In this document: piece by piece, positions 57,313-64,000 of the stretch
Position numbering within the stretch: the first letter of the stretch is position 1
Layout: each line of letters opens with the position of its first letter
Origin: a virus
Taxonomy: Duplodnaviria; Heunggongvirae; Uroviricota; Caudoviricetes
Virus record (IMG/VR): IMGVR_UViG_3300043080_000590
Span: 194,386-258,385 of that record
Strand: one strand, 5' to 3'
Length of the DNA: 64,000 nucleotides
Notes under the pieces: generated by a model
What the model saw: the letters and a program-made list of their open reading frames with translations, nothing else
Told to the model about the DNA's origin: nothing
Database searches by the model: none
Translations under genes and position numbers: made by a program

Positions 57313-57361
57313 AAATATAAACCCACAGACTATATTTGTTTTGTGGGTTTGTATTTTTTTT
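57313..57361 (+). terminator. Rho-independent terminator
   Basis: AAACCCACA / TGTGGGTTT stem plus T-tract. Confidence 0.7.
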
Positions 57362-57419
57362 ATGAAAAATTATTTGTTGTGTTTAAATAATATATAAAAA
57401 CAAAGAAAGGAGATAAAAA

Positions 57420-60400
57420 ATGGCTACTGTATACGGAAGTGGTGATGACCCTAATGCAACAGCTCCTAATTTAGGAACAACTTGTTCTAAGATATCTGGT
57501 ACGTCATACAAGGCTGTGTTTACAGCTTATTATCCTGATAACAGCAAACAAGAGGGTGGATATTACGATTGTAATAGTAAAAAATTAAATACTTCCAAAC
57601 AAACTTGTGCTGCTCCATCTGATATTCCATATGGTTCATATGTTTGGATAGAAAGTTGTACAGGTGGTGATGGAGTAGATTATAGTAAAAGGTTATATAT
57701 TGTTACAGATAGAGGACAGGATATTGTTAAAGATAGTAAAGGTTATTATCATATAGATTTACTCTTTAAAGATAAAGCTTCTTCTGATAAGTTTGGTAAG
57801 ATTCAGGGTAGTGCTATTATTCAAAAGAAAAGTGCTCCTTATACTACTGGTGTTTCTTCGGGTGGTACAAGTGGCAGCAAAAACCCTATAACTACATTCG
57901 TTTGGATAGGACATTCAAGAGTTGTTTTTTTAAAAAACACTTCTGTCGTACAAAGTGACGATAAGTTGTACTGTGAAGGTAGTATCGGTTATGACAAAGT
58001 AGTAGGATATATGAATCAAGCAGAAAACGAGGGTGCTGTCAAAAGTGGTGCTGCTACAATTATTTGGGCAGGTATAAACGACCTTAGAAATGTTGATAGA
58101 TACGTTTCAGGTCTTAATGAATATGGAAAACAATGGAAAAATAAAGGAGCTGCCTGTTATGTTATGTCAGAAACTCCAATGGTTGACGAAATATATAAAA
58201 AACAATACCCAAGTTGGGCAACCTCTACTAATAATAAAGCAATACAAGATTTCAATTCAAAAATTAAATCTGGTGTTACAGAGATGACATACATAGATGT
58301 ATGGAGTCAAATAGTAAATGATGTTAATGCTAACACTGTTGACACTATGGGTGTTCATTATACAACAAAAGAACTTAATAAAAAGATACACGATTATGTT
58401 AGAAATTTTATCACTAATTCATCAAACAATACCAGTCTTTCATCAGGGGATGAATCTAATAGTGGTATTGAAGTTACAGGTTCATCTTATGACCCAACAA
58501 TTTCTGCTGATGTAAAAAATTCTATATTTCAAGAATATTTAAGACAAAAAGAAGAATTAGCAAAACAAGGTATAGATATGTACGTAGAAGATAGCAACTT
58601 TGTTTTTGATTATTCTATTGCATTAGTTGATTATATTAAATATACTAACGTACATAAATTAAAAGGAATACAATGGCATCCCAACCAAATGAAAAAACAA
58701 GATTTTAAACAAGATTATATGGTTGTAATAAGAAAAAAATTGTATTTTGCTGCTTGTATGACAAGTGATGAATTGTTTTTACGTTTATATCAAATAAACA
58801 ACTTTTCTGCAATACAAACAAATATTTCAACTTCATCAATAGGTAGTTGTAGTATTTCTCTTAAAGGCGGCGAAAGAGTAGTTTGTATAGAAAAGAAATC
58901 AGAAGAAAATCAAGGTTGGCAAAGTTACGAGGAGTTATTAAACGGTTTAACTAATATTGATGACGAAGGTGATAATTCTGGCGTAAAATGGCGTATGGGT
59001 GTTTTAGGTTGGGAAGACCCAAGTTCAGCAGGTGTGGATTATAAAAATCTAATGAAAGCAAGAGAAGCTAAATATGGATGGCGATATGCTGAGAAGTGCG
59101 ATTGGCAACCAATGGATGAAATAATTGTATATTCTAAATCGAGAACTAAAAAAGATTCATCAGGGAAATATGCTTTTGAAAAAATATTTTTTGGTTACAT
59201 ACATTCAATAAAAAAAGATTTTAATAGCCAAGGACCAACTATAACTATACAAGCAAGTGACCAAACTGAATTATTATCATATAGTTTTCAAAATAATTTA
59301 CCATCATATTATCCTGGTAGATATAACCAAGGTTATTTAGATACAAGTTTTAATGTTGATGAATTTGGTTTGTTAAAAATACAAGACCCATTAGTTTATG
59401 GATATATTTATAATGAACAGTCAGATGAAACCGCTAAAAAAACTTTAAATATGAGAATGTCACAAACAGATGTTTTTGCAGGAATATTCCCAGGAACTAT
59501 TATTAAGTATTGTTGCTTATGTGCTGGTATTCCTTGGAAATATTTAAATACAAGAATAGAACCTGTTGAAATTATCCCTTATGTAGTTCAAATAAGAGGT
59601 AGTGTTAATTATGAAACTTCCTCAGAATTTAAGTCAAGATATGAATATTGTCAACAAGTAGCTGAAAGAAGTTTTATGGAATTTTTCCAAGATGAAGAAG
59701 GTAATATTGTATTTAAAATTCCTAATTATGTAATAGGTTGTAATACATTAGACACTAATAATTGTGGACTCACAATAACTGATGAGTTTAGAGACTTAAT
59801 TGGCAAAGAGTTAAAACCAGAAGCAACAAGACTTATGACAATGAGTAAATTACAAGAAATATGTCAAGATGTTACTCCAATGTTATATACAACAGTAGAG
59901 GGCGATACAGTTAAATCAATATCAACAGGATTATATGGTTCAACATTATATGCAACAGAAATAAGAAACTTAAATTTAGCACAATTACAAAAATATAGTA
60001 TAAATGATAAGCTAAAAGCAGGAATACAATTATTAGTATTTAAATATGATGTAACAGATGTTATCGCAAGGTCAGAATATGTTGATTTAATAAATAATTC
60101 AAGAGTAACTGCTTTTGCAAATCAATTATATACAAGTAGCTATTCTGATATAAAAGCATTTGATTTATTAAGAGTTGGCGATGTTACAATGTCAATGCTA
60201 ACAGATAGTTTTATACAAGTAATTCCACAAGAAGATTTAATAGGATTTACATTAACAGATTCTGATGAAAATGTATACACAACCGTAGATATAAATGGTA
60301 TGACATTTGGTGGTGAAAATGTTGCTACAAGCGTAAAAATAAAAAGAACAGTACCTAATATGGAAGCTATATTAAAGTTTGGCGTAAGACCAATGCAATC

Positions 60401-61487
60401 ATTAGAAACAGGATTAGTATGTACAGAAGCAAGAGCAGAATTATATGGTGCATTATTATTGTCAAGGTCAATATCACAAAGATACACAGCAACGGTAAAA
60501 ATGGTTGAAAATCCTGATATAAAAGTGGGAAATCCTGTTAGATTTTTGAGTTATGATGAGCATCCAAATCCTGAAACAGGTGAATATTCAGAAGATACTC
60601 CTCAAAGTGTTTATTATGTAGAAGCAGTAAGTAGAAATATTTCTTGTGAAGGTGTTTCCACAATGACTTTAACTTTATCATCAGGTAGAGTTATGGGTGA
60701 AGCAAGCATATATGATAAAATGTACCCAATGTATAAAACTTTTTATAAATTAGATATGTCAGATTTAGACCAAAAAACACAAGAAGCTATTGAAATGTTT
60801 CAGAAGATGTATGATTCTGCTGTAAACAATTCAGATTCAGATGTTAGTATAAATGGTACAGATGGAGATAGTAGCGATAATAGTGATAGCACATCTGGAA
60901 GTTCTGGTAGTGGTGGTACTACTGGTATAAAATTTCCATTACCTTCTGGTAGTTGGCACGCAAGTTCAGGTATGTGGAGAAATTCAGGTACTGTATTTGA
61001 CAATAAGGGAGAATTTCACGGCGGTATTGACCTTGGAGCTAACGAGGGTACAGCTATTTATGCCGCATATGCAGGTACTGTGTATGGTACAAATAGTTCT
61101 GGACCAAATACAGGTAGTCATGATTATGGATATTGGGTATGTATACAGAGTACGATTGGTGGTAAAAGTTTTTTACATTTATATGGACATATGTGTGAAG
61201 AACCAATGGTAAAAGCAGGAGATAAAGTTACTGCTGGACAACAAATTGGAAAAGTTGGCAATACAGGCGATAGTAACGGCAATCATTTGCATTTTGAAAT
61301 GACAGCAACGACTACATTGTTTGATAAAACAAAAAGAGTATGTGGATGGAACTTTTTACAAGGATATTCACCATTTGATTTAACTGCAATTGGTGCAAAA
61401 GGAGTTATTGCATCACAGGGTGTTGATTATGATAGTTCTACTGGAAAAATAAAATACTTTAACGAAGAAAAAAAGAGCGGATATTAA
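57420..61487 (+). CDS. Baseplate hub-like protein 2: 3D domain, SGNH hydrolase, hub core, M23 peptidase
   Basis: FTAYY..CAAP..IPYGS..VTDRG..HIDL (3D); WIGHS/GINDL/GVHY (SGNH); core paralogous to 45448; HGGIDL, LYGH, HLHFE (M23). Confidence 0.75.
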   Translation: MATVYGSGDDPNATAPNLGTTCSKISGTSYKAVFTAYYPDNSKQEGGYYDCNSKKLNTSKQTCAAPSDIPYGSYVWIESCTGGDGVDYSKRLYIVTDRGQDIVKDSKGYYHIDLLFKDKASSDKFGKIQGSAIIQKKSAPYTTGVSSGGTSGSKNPITTFVWIGHSRVVFLKNTSVVQSDDKLYCEGSIGYDKVVGYMNQAENEGAVKSGAATIIWAGINDLRNVDRYVSGLNEYGKQWKNKGAACYVMSETPMVDEIYKKQYPSWATSTNNKAIQDFNSKIKSGVTEMTYIDVWSQIVNDVNANTVDTMGVHYTTKELNKKIHDYVRNFITNSSNNTSLSSGDESNSGIEVTGSSYDPTISADVKNSIFQEYLRQKEELAKQGIDMYVEDSNFVFDYSIALVDYIKYTNVHKLKGIQWHPNQMKKQDFKQDYMVVIRKKLYFAACMTSDELFLRLYQINNFSAIQTNISTSSIGSCSISLKGGERVVCIEKKSEENQGWQSYEELLNGLTNIDDEGDNSGVKWRMGVLGWEDPSSAGVDYKNLMKAREAKYGWRYAEKCDWQPMDEIIVYSKSRTKKDSSGKYAFEKIFFGYIHSIKKDFNSQGPTITIQASDQTELLSYSFQNNLPSYYPGRYNQGYLDTSFNVDEFGLLKIQDPLVYGYIYNEQSDETAKKTLNMRMSQTDVFAGIFPGTIIKYCCLCAGIPWKYLNTRIEPVEIIPYVVQIRGSVNYETSSEFKSRYEYCQQVAERSFMEFFQDEEGNIVFKIPNYVIGCNTLDTNNCGLTITDEFRDLIGKELKPEATRLMTMSKLQEICQDVTPMLYTTVEGDTVKSISTGLYGSTLYATEIRNLNLAQLQKYSINDKLKAGIQLLVFKYDVTDVIARSEYVDLINNSRVTAFANQLYTSSYSDIKAFDLLRVGDVTMSMLTDSFIQVIPQEDLIGFTLTDSDENVYTTVDINGMTFGGENVATSVKIKRTVPNMEAILKFGVRPMQSLETGLVCTEARAELYGALLLSRSISQRYTATVKMVENPDIKVGNPVRFLSYDEHPNPETGEYSEDTPQSVYYVEAVSRNISCEGVSTMTLTLSSGRVMGEASIYDKMYPMYKTFYKLDMSDLDQKTQEAIEMFQKMYDSAVNNSDSDVSINGTDGDSSDNSDSTSGSSGSGGTTGIKFPLPSGSWHASSGMWRNSGTVFDNKGEFHGGIDLGANEGTAIYAAYAGTVYGTNSSGPNTGSHDYGYWVCIQSTIGGKSFLHLYGHMCEEPMVKAGDKVTAGQQIGKVGNTGDSNGNHLHFEMTATTTLFDKTKRVCGWNFLQGYSPFDLTAIGAKGVIASQGVDYDSSTGKIKYFNEEKKSGY

Positions 61488-61505
61488 ATAAAAATAATGT
61501 TTTTT

Positions 61506-61542
61506 AATTGGTTATGAGTTTTAATTTCATAACCAATTTTTT
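61506..61542 (+). terminator. Rho-independent terminator
   Basis: AATTGGTTATGA / TCATAACCAATT plus Ts. Confidence 0.7.
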
Positions 61543-61590
61543 ATTTTTTTATTAAACGATTCAATGTACAATAGAAAGGTAGTGATATAA

Positions 61591-64000
61591 ATGGCACAAT
61601 CAATTCCTGAATGTTATACAAGTTGGGCAGAAGAAATAGCAAAAAATTCTAGTCATGGTTATAGTCAGCTTGATGAAAAAAGATGGGGTCCTGATTATGA
61701 CTGTTCAAGTTTGGTAATTTCTGCGATTGAACAAGCAGGTATAGAATTAAGAAGTAAAGGTGCAGATGATACAAGTAATTCATTACAGCCCTTATTAGAT
61801 AGTGGATTTGAAGATATTTTAGCAAACGGCACTGTTAAGAGCAGTTCAACCGAAAATATGAAACGAGGAGATATCTTATTAAGAAGCAAGGCTGCTGCTT
61901 CTGCTAAAGGTGGTCATATGGCTATCTATTGTGGTAATAATAAGATAGTTGAAGCCAGTGGCGATGAAAATGGTGGTGATGGTAAGAGTTCTGATATAGA
62001 CTCAGGAGACCAGGTACAGCAAGGAACAAAATATCGAAGCAAAGAAGAAATTGGTATTAATCCATATCAAAATGGCAATTGGACTAATATTTTAAGATAT
62101 ACAGGAACTGAAACTGCAAAAAGTAGTGGAACTGTTTCAGCACCTTCGATAGATAAAACAACTTATAGATTGGGAAGTGGAAGTGAACACGGAGCACAAA
62201 CGCCACAATATGTAGTTATGCACTGGGCAATTAATACTACTTGTCAAGGCATTTACAACCAGTTTAAATCGAATCAAACCACAAGTGATAGTAGTAAAAA
62301 AGGTGTTGCTGCTCATTACGCTATTGGTAATGATGGTTCAATATTTCAAATGGTAGATGACAATATACAATGCTGGCATTCAAAAAGTCATCATAATAAA
62401 TATTCCATTGGTATAGAATCTTGCACTAAAAGCATTACAACGGGAGAATATACTGAAGCAGGATATAACGCTAATGTTCATTTAGCCGCATATCTTTGTA
62501 AAACTTATAATATTAATCCTTCTACAAATTTATTAAGACATTATGATTGCTCAGGAAAAGCTTGTCCACGTTGGTTTGCACCTAATCCAGACTATACTGA
62601 TAGTGGTGTTCTTTATCCTAAAAATTCGAATTGCGATACAGATTGGGCAAAATTTAAATCAGATGTTGCAAATAAAATGAACGGATTAGGTAGCAGTAGC
62701 GGTTTAAGTGTTGAAGCAAGTTATTTTTCAGGAGTTCCTACTGATACATCTGATATGTCAGCTTCTGCTATGAAACAAATAGAACAATTAAAAGCAATGG
62801 GATTAGATGCTTATGCAAGTGGCTCTGATATCATGATTAATTATTCTATCCTTTTAAAGGATTACATAAAATATGCAAATGTTAGATTGTTAAAAGGATT
62901 GCAATATCATCCAAATTCATTGGGTAGATTTAATTATAAACAAGATTATGTTGTAATTATTAGAAAGAAATTATATTTTGCTGGTACAGTAACAAGTGAA
63001 GAAAATTATTTAAGATTATATCAATTAAATAATTTTTCTGCTATTACAGTAAGTACATCTGTTGCTGCTGAAGGTACTGCAAGTGTTTCAATAAAGGGTG
63101 CAGAAAGAGTTGTATGTATAGATAGAGCTGATGAAACCAATAAAAATTGGCAAAGTTGGGATGAAATGCTGAATGGTTTAACTAACATTGACAACGAAGC
63201 AGAAACAAATGGTACTAGATGGAGAATTGGTAATAGTGAATGGAATGACCCAAATTCTTCTGGCATAGATTATAAAAATTTAATGAAAGCAAGAGAAGCA
63301 AAATATGGTTGGAAATTTGCCGAAAAATGCGATTTTGAACCAATGGATGAAATAATAATATTTTCACAATCAAGGTCGGAAAGAAATTCAAGTGGTCAAT
63401 TTACATTTAAAAAAATATTCTTTGGATATATAAATTCAGTCCAAAAAGATTATTCAACAAAAGGATTGACGATGACTATACAAGCTTCTGACCAATTAAA
63501 ATTATTAAGAAATAGCTATGTAAATAAATCTGCGAGTTACCAACCAGGTATTTATAATAATGGTTATTTGGATATAAGTTTTGCTACTGATAAATTTGGT
63601 ATGATAAAATTAAAAGAACCTTATTCAGCATTAATGGCAGCACAAGGTGAAGAAACATCACAAGATTCAATAAATGAAGTATCACAAAGAACTGTCTGGT
63701 CAGAAATCTTTTGCGGATTGTTCCCTGATATCATTATAGCAAATGCTTGTATGGATGCTGGCATTCCAGCAAGATATTTAGTAACAAGAATAGAACCTGT
63801 AAAGGTTATTCCTTATATTTTTAAAGATTTTACAGCTACACCTGATTATTTCTCTACTGAATTTAAATCAAGATTACAATATTGTCAAGAAATAGCAGAA
63901 ATTTGTTTTATGGAATTTTTTCAAGATGAAGATGGTAATATTGTGTTTAAAATACCAAGTTATGTATTAGGTTGTAATAACTTAACAAGTAACAATATGG
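61591..64000 (+). CDS. Baseplate hub-like protein 3 (3'-truncated): NlpC/P60 peptidase, Amidase_2, hub core
   Basis: Translated by hand from ATG 61591: GYSQ..RWGPDYDCSS...RGDILL..GHMAIY..IVEAS; YVVMHW...AHYAIG..G.I.Q.V...WH...SIGIE...LLRHYD.SGKACP; core KYANV.LLKGLQYHPNSLGRF; absent from ORF track because it runs off the window. Confidence 0.8.
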   Translation, partial: MAQSIPECYTSWAEEIAKNSSHGYSQLDEKRWGPDYDCSSLVISAIEQAGIELRSKGADDTSNSLQPLLDSGFEDILANGTVKSSSTENMKRGDILLRSKAAASAKGGHMAIYCGNNKIVEASGDENGGDGKSSDIDSGDQVQQGTKYRSKEEIGINPYQNGNWTNILRYTGTETAKSSGTVSAPSIDKTTYRLGSGSEHGAQTPQYVVMHWAINTTCQGIYNQFKSNQTTSDSSKKGVAAHYAIGNDGSIFQMVDDNIQCWHSKSHHNKYSIGIESCTKSITTGEYTEAGYNANVHLAAYLCKTYNINPSTNLLRHYDCSGKACPRWFAPNPDYTDSGVLYPKNSNCDTDWAKFKSDVANKMNGLGSSSGLSVEASYFSGVPTDTSDMSASAMKQIEQLKAMGLDAYASGSDIMINYSILLKDYIKYANVRLLKGLQYHPNSLGRFNYKQDYVVIIRKKLYFAGTVTSEENYLRLYQLNNFSAITVSTSVAAEGTASVSIKGAERVVCIDRADETNKNWQSWDEMLNGLTNIDNEAETNGTRWRIGNSEWNDPNSSGIDYKNLMKAREAKYGWKFAEKCDFEPMDEIIIFSQSRSERNSSGQFTFKKIFFGYINSVQKDYSTKGLTMTIQASDQLKLLRNSYVNKSASYQPGIYNNGYLDISFATDKFGMIKLKEPYSALMAAQGEETSQDSINEVSQRTVWSEIFCGLFPDIIIANACMDAGIPARYLVTRIEPVKVIPYIFKDFTATPDYFSTEFKSRLQYCQEIAEICFMEFFQDEDGNIVFKIPSYVLGCNNLTSNNM

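Noticed and set aside
1..64000. Stop-codon reassignment (alternative genetic code)
   Set aside because: Genes up to 2683 aa are intact and densely packed under the standard code
26158..64000. Bacterial eCIS/tailocin/T6SS locus rather than phage
   Set aside because: Neck/head-closure-like genes, homing endonucleases, early-promoter islands, a very long tape measure and the absence of housekeeping genes favour a large phage

Overview
AT-rich 64 kb segment of a large contractile-tailed (myovirus-type, probably jumbo) phage. SigmaA-consensus promoters, strong SD sequences and cell-wall hydrolase domains suggest a low-GC Gram-positive (Firmicutes) host. Almost all genes are on the + strand. In order: (i) a sugar-activation/glycosylation cluster (at least 4 PLOD-like glycosyltransferase paralogs, a GHMP sugar kinase, an NDP-sugar pyrophosphorylase) mixed with fibre genes; (ii) fibre/decoration and neck genes; (iii) two minus-strand HTH-array PD-(D/E)xK endonucleases and a sigmaA-driven island; (iv) a family of acidic paralogs with a basic 'MKRL..K' N-terminal leader; (v) tail sheath and two tail-tube paralogs; (vi) a TnpB-only IS200/IS605 element inserted cleanly into a homing-endonuclease gene; (vii) tail assembly chaperone with a -1 frameshift site and a 2486-aa tape measure; (viii) a 2.7k-aa split tube-initiator-like protein; (ix) three paralogous baseplate-hub-like proteins that share a core but carry different peptidoglycan-hydrolase modules at their ends. 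The best candidates for new biology are the polymorphic hub set, the putative virion glycosylation pathway and the leader-tagged acidic protein family. All family calls come from motif recognition by eye, without database searches.
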